A stretch of DNA of 64,000 bases from an uncultured Gemmatimonadaceae bacterium (GCA_963829055.1 CAWHHI010000011.1:96001-160000); one strand, 5' to 3'; numbered from the stretch's first letter, positions 11,718 through 24,126 are shown. Numbers and translations: made by a program. The notes: generated by a model from the letters alone, not told the origin.

Positions 11718-12332
11718 TCACTTTCGCAGTTTCACAGGCACAACAAGCTTCTCGGCAGTATGCGTCGGCGAGAACGCCGCGACTTTCACGTCGACCAGCC
11801 CGGCCTGCTTCGCGGCAGCGAATACATCGACGTCCTTGAACGCCGCGCCCTTCCCTTTCGTGTGCACGACCCAGATCGCGCCGGCCGGCGTTAGGTAGCC
11901 GCGGAGCTTCTCCAGGCGCGAGAGGTCTGTGACGGAATTCGCTCCGAAAACGATGACGTCCGTGTCCTTCTTCGGCGTGCGGCGCGCGATATCGCTCGTA
12001 CGCTCGGCGAGCTGCTCGAGAAACGCGTCGTCATCGACGCCAAGCACGGCGACGCGCATATCGGGCTTCACGCCGAGCTTGTCGAGCAGTGATGGCGGAT
12101 TGCGAATCTTCTCCGCCCATTTGGCTGCTGAGGGGCCGAGCTCGAAAGCTGCCGTGCCATCCGGGAACGTCACACGCAACGTCCCTGCGTCCGCCTCCGC
12201 CTTCGTAATGGCCTTTCGCGGAATGTTCAGCCGAATCGTCCCGCGGAAGATGAGATGATCGGTCTCGAGCAGCGCCTTTCCTTCGGAGCGCTTCCCGTCG
12301 AAGTGCACGGTACACTGGGACTCGGAACCCAT
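11718..12332 (-). CDS. DUF3052-like protein
   Basis: LLDKLGVKP, AIWVVHTKG and GLVDVKVAAFS motifs resemble DUF3052 proteins. Confidence 0.65.
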   Translation of the reverse strand: MGSESQCTVHFDGKRSEGKALLETDHLIFRGTIRLNIPRKAITKAEADAGTLRVTFPDGTAAFELGPSAAKWAEKIRNPPSLLDKLGVKPDMRVAVLGVDDDAFLEQLAERTSDIARRTPKKDTDVIVFGANSVTDLSRLEKLRGYLTPAGAIWVVHTKGKGAAFKDVDVFAAAKQAGLVDVKVAAFSPTHTAEKLVVPVKLRK

Positions 12333-12444
12333 GGATTCTCGCTGCGTGCTGGTTGTCGCTTACAGCTTGCTGGGGCGACGCGCGCTGCGCAACCAGCCAG
12401 CCAGCGGCGAGGGCTCCGGAGGACGGACGGCGGTGAACAGGCGT

Positions 12445-12571
12445 GCCATCCCGAGCGGCAGCGATTGTCATCCCGAGCGGCAGCGAGGGCATCGAGCTCC
12501 TGTGACGTCACCGTAGTCAGTCCGGCCACGATGACGTTCGAGAAGATCCCTCGCGGATGCTCGGGATGACA
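12445..12571. repeat. REP-like palindrome family A
   Basis: (GT)CATCCCGAGCGGCAGCGA twice ... AGATCCCTCGCGGATGCTCGGGATGAC. Confidence 0.85.
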
Positions 12572-12615
12572 ACGCTTTTCTCCGCCCGTCCGCCCTCCTC
12601 CTTCCGCCGTCCTCC

Positions 12616-15030
12616 TCAGTCCCGACGCAACGCGATGATGGGATCGACGGCCGTTGCGCGGCGGGCCGGAATCCAGCTCGCCAGCGCGGCGACGGCGACG
12701 AGGAACAGCGTGATCATGCCGAAGCTCAGCGGATCCGTCGGCGTCACACCGAACAGCAGCGAGCGGACGACGCGCGTGATGCCTAACGCGCCGACGAGGC
12801 CGATCCCGAGCCCGATCCCCGCCAGCCGCATGCCCTGTCCGACGACGAGCCGCAGTACATCGACGCGACGGGCACCGAGCGCGACGCGCACGCCGATCTC
12901 CTGCGTGCGCTGCGAGACGCTATAGGAGATCACGCCGTACACGCCGATCGCCGCCAGCAGCAACGCGATCACACCGAACACCGAGAACATCGAGCCGAAC
13001 AGTCCGTACTGCCAGAATCCCAGTTGCCGCACCTTTTCCATCGTGTTGATCTCGTAGAGCGCGAGCGTCGGGTCGGCATCACGCACCGCGCGACGCAGCG
13101 CCGGCGTGATGGCCGAGGGCTCGCCGGTCGTTCGCACCACGAGCCCGAGCCCGCGCCACACGCCGAAGCGGAGCGGCAGGTAGGCGAACGACTCCGGTTC
13201 CTTGTTGTCGAGGTCATCGTTCGCGATGTCGGGCGCGAGACCGACGACCGTGAACCACGGGCCCGTGGAATCGTTGGCGTAGCGGAAACGATGGCCGAGC
13301 GGGTCGGCGCCCGGCCACATGCGCTTCGCCATCGTCTGATTGATGATCGCCACCGGTGTGCTGTCCCGCGCCTCGGCGTCCGTGAACATGCGACCGCTCA
13401 CGAGCCTAACGCCGAGCGTGGAGAAGAAGTGCGCGCTGATGCCGGCGTAGAGGCCGAAGGGCTCGTCACCCTTCTGAATGGCGCGCCCCTCGATGACGAG
13501 GCCGCCGCCACCTGCGCCGCCGGTCGCCGGGATGAGCCCCGACACGAACGCGGACTGCACGCCCGGTAATGCCTCGACGCGCTGCACGATGTCCTCCGCC
13601 CGCTGCGCGCGCAGCCCGAGCGAATCGTAGCGCGAGCCCTGCATGTAGAACCGCGTCGTCATGATCGACGTCGTCTCGAAACCGGCGCTGGTGTTCTGCA
13701 ACGACAGGAAGCTGCGTACGAACAGTGACGCGCCGACCAGCAATACGAGCGAAAGCGCGATCTCGGCGATGACGAGGCTGTTCCGAAGGCGGTTCTTGCG
13801 CACACCCGAGCCGCTGCCGCGCGCGCCATCGCGCAGTGCCTCCTGCAGACTCCCGCTGGCTGCCTGCACCGCCGGCGCGAGCCCGAACAGCAGGCCGGTC
13901 ACCACGGAGATGACCACCGTGTAGATCAGCGTCGCACGGTCGAGGCTCCACTCGATGTAATAGGGCAGCGCGTCCGTGGCCGGGATACCGGCATCGATGA
14001 GCTTGAGGCCCCACGCCGCGAGCGGAATGCCGAGCGCCCCGCCCACGACGGCGAGGATGAGACTCTCGGTGAGCAGCTGACGAACGATGCGATGCCGCCC
14101 GGCGCCTAACGCCGACCGGATCGCGATCTCGCGCGAGCGCGCCGTGGCGCGCGCGAGCATCAGGTTCGCCACGTTCGCGCACGCGATGAGCAACACGAAT
14201 GTCACCGCGCCCATCATCGTCAACGTGATGAGCTTGACATCGCCGGGAATGAACACATCGCGAAGAGGCCTGAGCTTCGCCGTCCACGTGTTGTTCTCGG
14301 GATATTCGGTCGCGAGCCGAGCGGAGACCTGGGTGAGCGCGGTGCGCGCTCCCTCGATGGTAACGCCGGGCGCGATACGACCGAACGTGAACAGATTCTT
14401 CGCCCCGCGGCTCAGCTGACCTTCGTTCTCACGGAGCGGAACCCATAGCTCGCTCTGCTCCGGGAACTTGAACCTGGGCTCCATCACGCCGATCACCGTG
14501 TAGGCGACCTCGTTGAGCATGAGCGTCTTGCCGACGATCGTCGGATCGCGTCCGAAGCGTCGCTGCCAGAGCCCGTCGCTCAGGAGGACCACCCGGTCGC
14601 CGCCTGGCTTGTCCTCGTCGGCGCGAATCAACCGTCCCAGCGCGGGCTTGACGCCGAGCATTGGGAACAGATTCCAGGAGATGGCGCTCCCCTCCAGTCG
14701 CTCCGGCTCGTCGACGTTCGCGAGCGTCATGCTCCGCCCCTGCACGGCGCCGATGTCCGAGAACGCCTTCGACTGGGTCTGCCAGTCGACGAGGTTCGGC
14801 CAGGCAACTCCGGCGGTGCCGTTGTTGCGCGTGTTCACCTCCTCGAGCACGACGAGGCGCTCCGGATCGGTGAACGCGAAGGGACGGAGCAGGATCGCGT
14901 TCGTGACGCTGAAGAGCGTGGTGTTGACGCCGATCCCGATGGCCAGGCACGCGACGGCAATGAGCGCGAACATCCGACTTCGGGACAGCGTGCGAAACGC
15001 GTAGCGAATGTCCTGCAGAAGCGTGTCCAT
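12616..15030 (-). CDS. ABC transporter permease (duplicated MacB/FtsX, ADOP type)
   Basis: MDTLLQDIRYAFR, LLIACANVANLML, RTQEIGVRVALGA, PARRATAVDP. Confidence 0.93.
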   Translation of the reverse strand: MDTLLQDIRYAFRTLSRSRMFALIAVACLAIGIGVNTTLFSVTNAILLRPFAFTDPERLVVLEEVNTRNNGTAGVAWPNLVDWQTQSKAFSDIGAVQGRSMTLANVDEPERLEGSAISWNLFPMLGVKPALGRLIRADEDKPGGDRVVLLSDGLWQRRFGRDPTIVGKTLMLNEVAYTVIGVMEPRFKFPEQSELWVPLRENEGQLSRGAKNLFTFGRIAPGVTIEGARTALTQVSARLATEYPENNTWTAKLRPLRDVFIPGDVKLITLTMMGAVTFVLLIACANVANLMLARATARSREIAIRSALGAGRHRIVRQLLTESLILAVVGGALGIPLAAWGLKLIDAGIPATDALPYYIEWSLDRATLIYTVVISVVTGLLFGLAPAVQAASGSLQEALRDGARGSGSGVRKNRLRNSLVIAEIALSLVLLVGASLFVRSFLSLQNTSAGFETTSIMTTRFYMQGSRYDSLGLRAQRAEDIVQRVEALPGVQSAFVSGLIPATGGAGGGGLVIEGRAIQKGDEPFGLYAGISAHFFSTLGVRLVSGRMFTDAEARDSTPVAIINQTMAKRMWPGADPLGHRFRYANDSTGPWFTVVGLAPDIANDDLDNKEPESFAYLPLRFGVWRGLGLVVRTTGEPSAITPALRRAVRDADPTLALYEINTMEKVRQLGFWQYGLFGSMFSVFGVIALLLAAIGVYGVISYSVSQRTQEIGVRVALGARRVDVLRLVVGQGMRLAGIGLGIGLVGALGITRVVRSLLFGVTPTDPLSFGMITLFLVAVAALASWIPARRATAVDPIIALRRD

Positions 15031-15138
15031 TGCCGGCTCGGGACGAGAGGGGTGCGGGCCCTACGGTGAGTGGCCGCTTGGCGGTTTCATGATGGGACGA
15101 TTGGCGCGGATGCCGGACGTTCGAGATCATCGCACCGG

Positions 15139-15462
15139 GGCCGGTGGGAACTACGATTTTACGGATGACACGGAAAACGGCCGGATACGGCTTTGCATCG
15201 ACGCTGGCTGGTGGCGGGCCATGAATGAAAAGGGAACGGCCGCTCGGGAGACTCCTGCGTCCCGAGCGGCCGTTCCCAAAGAATCCCGGCCCGTGGCGCG
15301 AGGGGCCGTCCCGAACGCGATCGATCCTGCTCCTTCCGCGTCATCCGCGAGATCGTCGTTCCCCCAAGCCGCGGCGCGATGAGGCCTGAATGCAAAGCCG
15401 TATCCGGCAGTTTCGCAGTACCGATCCGCCCAATCGCAGCTCCCACCGGCCCGGCGCGATGA
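15139..15462. repeat. MITE-like repeat family B
   Basis: GGCCGGTGGGAACTACGATTTT.CGGATGAC terminus, central GGGAACGGCCGCTCGGGA..TCCCGAGCGGCCGTTCCC hairpin. Confidence 0.82.
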
Positions 15463-15468
15463 CCTCGA

Positions 15469-16029
15469 CTACGGGGTGACCTGCCCCAGCTTGAGGAGGA
15501 CTCCCTTTCGGATACGCTCCTCGAGCTTGCCGGTGGATCCACACGCGATACGATCGGCGCTCGAGCCTTCCATGTTCTGCGCCGCGGCCGAGAATGCCGT
15601 CTCGAGCTCGGACGCGCCCTTCCCGTCCGGACGAATGACAGACAGGAGCGAGATGTAGATCCGGTAGTTGTTCGCGACCGGGCCGCTGAACGACTCACCG
15701 CAGTTGAGGTAGCTCGCCATCGCCTCGTTGCCCAGTCGCCGCGTTTTATAGAAATCGGTGTTCCCATACCGACCGGTAGCCGGGTCGTGCGTTCCGGGCG
15801 GAACCCCGAGCTCGTCGTACACGGCCTTCAGCGCCGCGAATGCGCGGCCGGGTGGTGCGGCGACGGGAGCCTTGGCATTCGCGAGTACGGTCGTGCGGTA
15901 CACCTGCTGGTCGTCGACGGCCACCATTCGGTCGCTCGGCAGCGCGACGTCCGGGCCCCGTGACGACGATGACGCGCACGACGTGGTGCCTAACACGAGG
16001 AACAGAAACGCGGTGCGGTGCATGAACAC
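15469..16029 (-). CDS. Hypothetical lipoprotein
   Basis: Signal-like N-terminus ending TTSC; Cys pair (YLNCG, IACGSTG). Confidence 0.7.
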   Translation of the reverse strand: MFMHRTAFLFLVLGTTSCASSSSRGPDVALPSDRMVAVDDQQVYRTTVLANAKAPVAAPPGRAFAALKAVYDELGVPPGTHDPATGRYGNTDFYKTRRLGNEAMASYLNCGESFSGPVANNYRIYISLLSVIRPDGKGASELETAFSAAAQNMEGSSADRIACGSTGKLEERIRKGVLLKLGQVTP

Positions 16030-16047
16030 TCCGACGATTGGTGGAAT

Positions 16048-16150
16048 GTCATCCCGAGGAGCGGCGCGACGAGGACTTCTCGAATGTCATTGTGACTAGA
16101 TCGGCTACGATGACATCACACAAGGTCCCTCGCTGACGCTCGGGATGACA
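16048..16150. repeat. REP-like palindrome family A
   Basis: GTCATCCCGAGGAGCGG...GTCCCTCGCTGACGCTCGGGATGAC. Confidence 0.8.
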
Positions 16151-16183
16151 CCTGCTGACGTTCGGGACGACGCTCTCCCTCAG

Positions 16184-19069
16184 CTATCCCTCGGGGAGCA
16201 GACGGACCTGCACATAACGCGACTCATTGAGATACTTCCTCGCAATGTCGCGCACCAGCGTCGGGGTCAGCATGGCCCGCAGTTCCCCCCTTCGCAGCAC
16301 CATCCGCGGGTCCTGCCCATACCGAGCCGAGGCCGCGAGTGAGTTGAGCCAGAAGCCATTCTGACGAATCTCGGTCTCCTCGGCACGACGCTGGATCTCA
16401 CGCACCTTCTCGATCTCGTCGGCTGTCGGGCCATCCGTCTTGATGCGCTCGATCTCGCGGAACACCGCCGCGCGCAGCGAATCGACGCGCTCCGGCGCCG
16501 AGCCGAAGTCGATGGAGAACTGGTACTCCTGACGCGGATCGCGCTCGCTGCTCTGGCTCACCGACACGTCGTATGTCCCGCCTAACTGCTCGCGCAGCAC
16601 GTCACGGAAGCGCATGCGGAGCACCTCGGCCAGCGACGCCATCGCATAACGATTCTCGCGCGTCCACTCGAACGGGCCATTGAACACGATCACCGTTCGC
16701 GCCTTGGGCTCGGTTCCGCGTTTCACATCGCGCGTGACGATTCCCTCGGGCGTGTGCAGCCCGACGTCCTTCCACGTTTCCTTCCGACGAATCGACGGCA
16801 GGCCACCAAGCCACGTCAGCACGAGCGGTTTGATCGAATCGACCGTGAAGTTGCCGACGATCACGAACGTGAAGTCGCTCGCGTCCGCGAAGCGATCGCG
16901 GTAGAACCGCAGCGACGCCCCGAGGTCGAGCGAGTCGACGGTCGCGACGGTAACGGGAGTCGTGCGCGGGTGATGACTCGACAGGATGACCGAGAGCGAG
17001 TCATCGAACGCCTGCTCCGGCGACACACCGCGATTCGCGAGCGCCGCGCGCAGTCGCTGCTTGAGCGCCACGACAGCGGTGCTGTCCGGGCGCGGCGACG
17101 TGAAGTACAGGTACATGAGCTGGAACACGGTCTCGAGATCCTTCGGAGAACCGCGACCGAACATCTGCTCCGAGAGCTCGCCGATGCCGGGGAACGCGCT
17201 CGCCGCCTTGCCCGCGAGCGCCTTCTGCAAGTCGATCTGACTGAAGGCCCCGACTCCGCCTTCGGTGACGAGCGTCGTTGCCTCACGCGCGCGCGCGAAC
17301 TCGGCCTGCGAGAGCGTCGACGCACCGCCGGGACTCGTGCCGAGGATGAGGACTTCGTCGGCCTTGAAGTCGGTGGGCTTGAGGATGACGCGGACGCCAT
17401 TCGAGAGCGTCCAGTTGGTGACGCCCACCTCCGGCACGCGTGTCGTTGCGACGACCGTCGCTGCTTTCGGCGCCCGTGGCACGAGCGGGCGCGACGCGTT
17501 GCCATCGTCGTACGCCGCGAGATCTCGGCCAGCCACGGAGTCGAACACCGCGAGCAGTTGCGAGGCACTCGGCACCGTCACGCCCGCCTTCTCAGGCGCG
17601 TTCACGGCGATCACGCGGTTCTTCTGACCCAGCCAGTCGCCCGCGAGTCGATTCACTTCGTCGAGCTTGATTCCGGGCACGAGCCGCTGCGCCAGCGGGT
17701 ACTCGTACTCGATGCCCGGAATCGCTTCCTGGTTCAGGAAGTTGCGAACGAGCTCGCCCACGAGCGCCGCCGACTGACGCTTGTCGCGCTCGGCGAACGT
17801 TCTCTCGTACGACCGCAGGAGATTCTGCTTCGCGCGGTTCAGCTCCGTGGCCGTGAAGCCACGTTTCTGCACGCGGACCGCCTCGGCAAGCACGGCATCG
17901 AGGCCTTTGAGGACGCCGCCGTCGGGGACGAACGCGGTGAGCGTGAACGCGTCACGGTCGCCGAGGAACGTGCTCTTTCCGCCGCCAGCGCCGATGAACG
18001 GCGCGTCCGGCTTCTGACGGATCTCATCGAGGCGGTCGTTCAGCATCTGCGTGAACAGCGACTCGGTGAGGTCCTGCCGGTAGCCGCCGACGGTCGTCGA
18101 GTTGCGGTGCGGCATCTTGAAGTACACCGACGTCGTCGTGTACTCGGCTTCCTTGTCGGTGGCGATCGCGACGAGCGTCGAGTCCTGGTCGGGCACGCCG
18201 TACTTCGTGCGGGCGCGCGCGTTAGGCTTCGCCGGGAAGTCGCTCAGGTGACTCTTGATGAGCTGCTCGACGTGGGCCGCATCGAAGTCGCCAACGGCCA
18301 CGATGGCCATGAGGTCCGGGCGATACCAGTCGGCGTAGAAGCGCGAGAGTGCCGTCGGGTTGAACGTCTCGAGCGTCTTCTTGTCGCCAATAGGCAATCG
18401 CTCGGCATACCGGGAGCCCTTGAGCAGAATCGGCAGCTGCTTGTCGGCCATGCGGGCGTCCGCGCCGCGACCGAGCCGCCACTCCTCGATGACGACGCCG
18501 CGTTCCTTGGTGATCTCCGCCGTGTCGAGAGCGATCGCGCGAGCCCAGTCCTCGAGGATGTCGAACGCCTTGCCTTCGATGCTCGCGGAATCGGTCGGGA
18601 TCTGCAGCTCGTAGATGGTCTCGTCGAAGCTCGTGGAGGCGTTGATGTCGGGACCGAAGCGCATCCCTACCGACTCGAGATAACTCACGAGCGCGTTCTT
18701 CGGGAAACGCGCGGTGCCGTTGAATGCCATGTGCTCGAGGAAGTGCGCGAGACCGCGCTGGTCGTCATCCTCGAGGATCGAACCGGCGTTGACGACGAGG
18801 CGGAGCTCGGCCCGTTTTTCCGGTTTGGCATTTCGCCGGATGTAGTAGCGCAAGCCGTTAGGCAGCGTGCCGACGACGACCTGAGGGTCGCGTGGAAGCG
18901 GCGTGGCGCTGGCGGTATCGATGGTCGCGCGCCCAGCGGCGCCGCCGACCGCCGGCTGCGCGGTCGCCGTTAACGGCGTGAGTGCGCCGGCCGCGAGCAC
19001 GGCCGCGGCGACGGGGGCAGAGGCTAAGACGGCGGCGAGGAAAGCGCGCCGCCACGAATGTGCTGGCAT
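16184..19069 (-). CDS. M16 (insulinase/PqqL-like) zinc peptidase
   Basis: Inverted zincin motif HFLEH, NASTSFDETIY, signal peptide, two-lobed 961 aa. Confidence 0.94.
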   Translation of the reverse strand: MPAHSWRRAFLAAVLASAPVAAAVLAAGALTPLTATAQPAVGGAAGRATIDTASATPLPRDPQVVVGTLPNGLRYYIRRNAKPEKRAELRLVVNAGSILEDDDQRGLAHFLEHMAFNGTARFPKNALVSYLESVGMRFGPDINASTSFDETIYELQIPTDSASIEGKAFDILEDWARAIALDTAEITKERGVVIEEWRLGRGADARMADKQLPILLKGSRYAERLPIGDKKTLETFNPTALSRFYADWYRPDLMAIVAVGDFDAAHVEQLIKSHLSDFPAKPNARARTKYGVPDQDSTLVAIATDKEAEYTTTSVYFKMPHRNSTTVGGYRQDLTESLFTQMLNDRLDEIRQKPDAPFIGAGGGKSTFLGDRDAFTLTAFVPDGGVLKGLDAVLAEAVRVQKRGFTATELNRAKQNLLRSYERTFAERDKRQSAALVGELVRNFLNQEAIPGIEYEYPLAQRLVPGIKLDEVNRLAGDWLGQKNRVIAVNAPEKAGVTVPSASQLLAVFDSVAGRDLAAYDDGNASRPLVPRAPKAATVVATTRVPEVGVTNWTLSNGVRVILKPTDFKADEVLILGTSPGGASTLSQAEFARAREATTLVTEGGVGAFSQIDLQKALAGKAASAFPGIGELSEQMFGRGSPKDLETVFQLMYLYFTSPRPDSTAVVALKQRLRAALANRGVSPEQAFDDSLSVILSSHHPRTTPVTVATVDSLDLGASLRFYRDRFADASDFTFVIVGNFTVDSIKPLVLTWLGGLPSIRRKETWKDVGLHTPEGIVTRDVKRGTEPKARTVIVFNGPFEWTRENRYAMASLAEVLRMRFRDVLREQLGGTYDVSVSQSSERDPRQEYQFSIDFGSAPERVDSLRAAVFREIERIKTDGPTADEIEKVREIQRRAEETEIRQNGFWLNSLAASARYGQDPRMVLRRGELRAMLTPTLVRDIARKYLNESRYVQVRLLPEG

Positions 19070-19186
19070 GAGACGATCCCAGTTGACGAGGAGAAACGTC
19101 TCGTAGACTACGCCGAGGTACGCATCACCGACAGGGAGCGACCGTCCCGAAACGGGCTGTTGGCGTGTCCGTCTCTGGTAGCCGGG

Positions 19187-21068
19187 TTAGCCCGCGCCCG
19201 CGGCAACCGTCCCGTTCGCGTTGCCGGCGGCTGCTCCGGTCGCGGGCCTACGGGCAACCGGAAGCGTCACGGTGAACCTCGCCCCGTTCGTTCCGTCACT
19301 CTCTCCGGTCAGGTCGCCACCCATGGCCCTGGCAAGCGAACGGCTGATCGTCAGCCCGAGCCCCGTTCCACCGACCGTCCTCGTTAGGCCGCTCTCCACC
19401 TGAACGAACGGCTCGAAGATCGCGGCCAGCTTCTCGGGCGGGAATGCCGATTCCAGTATCGACGACCGAGATCTCGACGCACCCGTTGGCCTGCCCGACT
19501 GTCACGGTGACGAGACCGCCGGCTGGTGTGAACCGAACCGCGTTCGACATGAGGTTGAGCAGGATCTGCTCGAGTCTCGCGCGGTCGGCGCGCGCGAGCA
19601 CCGTCGCCTTGCACCCATTGCACTCGCGGCGAAGCGCTTTCGCGTCGAGCAGCGGCGCCACCGACGTGAGGACGTCATCGATGACACTGCCCACCGGGAC
19701 GTCGGCCATATCGAACGGCAGCTTCTGCGCGTCGAGCCGCGCGAAATCCAGAATGTTGCCGATCAGCGTCAGCAGATGGCGCTGATTGTGTCGCACGCGA
19801 TCCAGATCTCGACGCTGATCCTCATTGACCGGCCCGCGCACACCGAGGTCGATCAGCTCGACGTAGCCACCGATGGCGTTGAGCGGCGTACGAAGCTCGT
19901 GCGACATGGTCGCGAGGAAGTCGGCCTTCGCGCGATTCGCTTCTTCCAGCCGCGCGGCCAGCGAGCGCGACTCCGCGATCTGCCGCTCCAGGTCATCGTG
20001 CGATCGCTGCACCTGCTCGGCCATCGAGTTGAATGCAGCGGCGAGGCGGCCCGTCTCGTCGTGGCGGCCCACCGGAGCGCGGTGATTGTAGTCGCCGGCG
20101 GACAATGCATCCGCGGCGACGGTGAGATCGCGGATGGGGCGCGTGATGCGACGGCTCAGGAGCCATGCCGCGATGATCGCGACGACGAGCAAACCGAACG
20201 CCACCATGATGCTTCGCTGCAGATAGGCCCTCGGTCGCTCGAGCAGCGAGGCATAGGGCACTTCCGCGATCAGGCGAATCGGCGTGTTCGCGACACGCGC
20301 GAAGACGCCGACGAAGCGTTCGTCGGGTGAGGTGCGCGTGTACCGGACAACGTTCGGTGGATCGCCAGCATGCGGCTCGAGCGTAGGCACCGGTGTGGGC
20401 TTGCCGGTCAGGCTCACCCACGTATCGCCGCTGTCGCTCGCGATGTAGATCGTGACGCTATCGCCGCCGGCCAGATCGCGGAGTTGCTGTTGCGTGCGCG
20501 GACTCGACCCAAGCATTCGCCGCTGCATCACGTAGCCGAGGATGCGTCCGTTCGCCGTGACCGGTGCACCGACCCAGTAGAACACCGAATCACCACGGCG
20601 GTACAGGTTGCCCATCGCCGCCTGGCCGCGCGCGAGCGTATCGATGAGGGTCGCCACCGGGTCGCCGTCATCGCCGAGCTCCGGGCGAGTCGCGATGCGC
20701 CTGGTCTCGCTCGCGGAACGGACCTCGGCGACGAGGACGCTGTCGGAAGGGGCGATCGAGAGCCCGCGCAATGCGTGCAGGGCGGCGCCTTGAGCACCAG
20801 GGTTGTCCCCCGGGCTGGCCAGACTCGCGATCACCGAGCTGTCGGCGGCGACCCGACGGAGAGCGGCGAATCGCTGCTGGGTGCTCGCATTCGAGAGCTC
20901 GGCGAGCTGACCCGTGAGCCGTCTCATGCGCTCGATGCCGCGCATCTCGGACGCCTGACGCACTTCGTGATAACCCGCGGCCGTGAGGCCGACGGCGAGC
21001 GCGACGAGGAAAACCGATATGAGGAGCGGGAGCTTTCGCTCCAGGGACAAAGCTGCGGAGCCACGCAT
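19187..21068 (-). CDS. Membrane sensor histidine kinase (HAMP-HisKA-HATPase), frameshift near 19440
   Basis: Two TM segments, MSHELRTPL H-box, NLMSNA, DTGIG; GGTGLGL in the next frame. Confidence 0.92.
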
Positions 21069-21455
21069 CACGGCGAATGTGAACGCTCCTCGACGCGAGT
21101 GCAAGGACGATGACACGCCCGGCAACCCGCGCGGCAACAAGGCTGACTAATGTCCGGACATGACTCGTCCACTCGCTTGACTGGAGCGTCCGCATGAGCC
21201 GTCTCAAATCGTTTATTCTTGGCTTCCCGAGCATTGTCGGCGCCCTTCCGCTCGTGCCGTTCCTCCCGCAGGCAAATCCAGTTGCCATGGCGCGCAGGTC
21301 CCGCGGATCGAACGTCTCGTCGAGATCGGCGGACTCGGTGACGCGCGTCAATCGAGCGAATCCGGCGTCGGGTCATCCGACGGACGAGCAGCGATTCGTC
21401 TCGATCATCGGGCATACGGGCCTCGCTCGGAATGACAACCGCTCGCTCGGAATGA

Positions 21456-24126
21456 CTACCGCTTCGGCGCCGCCCAGAAACCCGCCGTTCCGCTCGCCCC
21501 GTCCGCGATATCGCGACCGAACAGCGCCGCGTTGAAGACCGTGCGGAACGTCCCGAACGGCTGGCCGCGCCACTGCGGACGGAAGCCGATGAGCACAACG
21601 CGGCCGCGGCCGTGCTTCACGTCGAGCGCCGCCGCGTTGCCCTGGAGGTATTTCTCACCGAGCAAATAGCCCGACAGGCGCGGTGAGCCGGACGGCGCGT
21701 ACTTCGCGAGCGCGGATCCCTCGAAGCCGTCGAGCGTCGTGAACACCGGACTCCCGTCCACGAACACCTTGGCGTGCTCCGGCATGCCCGCCATGAGCGG
21801 ATGCGCCTGATCCGTGATGACCTCCAGAATCGATCCGCTGGCGAAGAAGTCCTTCCGCGCCACGCCGGCCACGACGTTCTTGACCGGCAGGTCGAGCGCG
21901 TCGATCGCAAAGTTCGCGCTCTGGTTGAGGCACACGAGCGTGCCGCCAGCACGCACGAACGCGTCGAACGCACGAGCGCCGGCGTCGCCGATGCCGCCCG
22001 CATAACGCGGCGGGACCGTGCCACTCCCGAACCCATCGGTGATGGCGCGCGGCGAGTCGGACGCCATGAGAATCACGTCGAAGCGCGTCGCGAGGTCGCC
22101 AGCGCGAACATCCGTCGGTGCGATCACGGTGTAGCGGAAGCCATACTGATCGAGCAACCACTCGGTCCAGCCTTCGTCCATGCTCGCGGTCCACGGCTTG
22201 AACAGCGCGATTCGCAGGCGGGCCGCCGGGACACCAGCGCTCCCGCCTAACGATACGCGTTCCGCGCGCAACGAGAGCTCGCGCGCCCACCCCTCGAGGC
22301 GCGACATCGGCACGCCCGAGACGACGTAGCGCACCCCCTGCCCTCGCGCGGCCGGCGCGACGCGCACGGCACCGCCGGCGGCGAGCGCCTGGCTGATGAG
22401 GCGGAATGCGTCGTTCTGTGCAGGGTCGACGGCGAGCCGATCGCCCGACCCGGTGATCACCGACGGTGGCGCCGTGATGCCGGATGCGACCGAATCGGTC
22501 GAGAACGGCGCATCGGCGGACGCGCGCCAGTCCGTCGGCTTCCCCCGCACGGGACGGAGGGCAGCGCGGGTTTCGTTAGGCACCGGCGAGCGGACCTCGA
22601 TGGCGTTGACGCCCATCTGGAACGGCAGCGTCCAGCCCGCGGCGTCGTACGGCTGCTCTGGCGGACCCTCCGGGTATTCGCGCAGGTCGGGATACTCCTG
22701 CACCTCGAACAGCTGCCTGACGAGCTCGGAGAACTCCTGGTCCATGGGGATGACCCAGTCGCCGCGACGATACGTCGTGCCGTCGAAGGCAGCGTCGCGA
22801 TCGAGCTGGCTCACGCGCACACCGTTGAACGCGAGGCGGCGAAGCATCTCCACCGCGGCGCCCGGATCACGTTGCGACTGCGGGATCACGTACGCATACG
22901 GCGGCTCGGCCGCATAACGCTTGATGGCGTTGCGGCCAGCCTGGTAGCGGTTGTAGAGGATGTCCTCGCGATACTTGCTTGCGTAGTCGAGCGTCGCCAT
23001 GGACGCCGTACGCATGTAGTCCACCGCGTCCTTGAGCCGCCACCAGCCGCCGGGCCATGGGCTCGGGTAGAGCGACTGCGGTCGGAGGTCGCGCATGTCG
23101 CGCGGGAAGTCGTCCAGCGTGTAGAAGTGCGGCGTTGCATAACGATAGAGCGCCGTCTCGGTCCAGTACGACGTTGATGTTCTGCAGCATCGGCATGTAG
23201 TCGATGTAGCCGGGATACCAGGCGTCGAAGCCGGTGCCCATGTGCGTCGCGCCCACCTGGCCGTTGCTCTCCAATGCCTGCGCGATCGTCATGCCGATCG
23301 TGTTCACCTGACGCGACATCAGCGCCGGCACGCGCGGCGCGATCGGCTCGGCGAACGGCGGCAGCCAGATGCGTGTGGGGAACGGCGCGGTCTGATGCTG
23401 CACGTAGATGATCTGCGGCTCCCACTCGCGCCACGTGCGCGCGACCACGCGCGACTCGACGACGTTCAGCATGTACGCGTCGCGGTTGTTGTCGTGGCCG
23501 ATGTACTTCTGATACACCTCGTGCAGTGGCGAAATCTCGTACGGCGTGCCGACGTTCTCGCGATACCAGTTGACGACGATGTTCTGACCATCGGGGTTGA
23601 TCGATGGCCAGAGAAAGAGCACGGTGTTGTCGAGGATCGCTTTGACCTTCGGATCGTCGGGCCGCGAGAGCAGATCGTACGCGAGCTGGATGGTGTGCTG
23701 CGAGCCGGCGATCTCCGACGCGTGCAGACCGCCACTGATGTCGACGAAGACCTTCCCTTCCGCGGCGAGACGATGGGCCTCGGCGTCCGTGAGCCCTGTG
23801 GGATGCGCGATCCGCTGCGCGATCTCCTTGAGGCGATCGAGGCGGGCGAGATTCTCCGGAGACGAGATGACCGCGAGCGTCCACGCGTGGCCGGTGGACG
23901 TCTTCCCGACATCGATCAGATGGATGCGGTTCGTCGCGGCGGCCAGCTTCTGGAAGTAGGCGATTGACTCATCGTACGTCGCGAGCTTGAAGTCCGCGCC
24001 GACGGTGAAGCCCAGCGACGATTCCGGGGTGGGGATTGCTGGTTGCTGGGCGCTGGTGGCTGTGGCGCTGGCCAGAGTGGCGATGATCGATACCAGGACG
24101 GCGATTTGACGGATAAAGCGGTGCAT
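21456..24126 (-). CDS. M14 zinc carboxypeptidase-like protein, frameshift near 23175
   Basis: GLHASE (HxxE), NPDG, HDNNRD, YVQHQT; C-terminal part in ORF 21456-23096. Confidence 0.88.

Noticed and set aside
16754..18973. Long antisense ORFs (739 aa here; also 29374-30702, 39944-41434, 51882-53390)
   Set aside because: Shadow frames of well-supported genes in high-GC DNA, with no motifs
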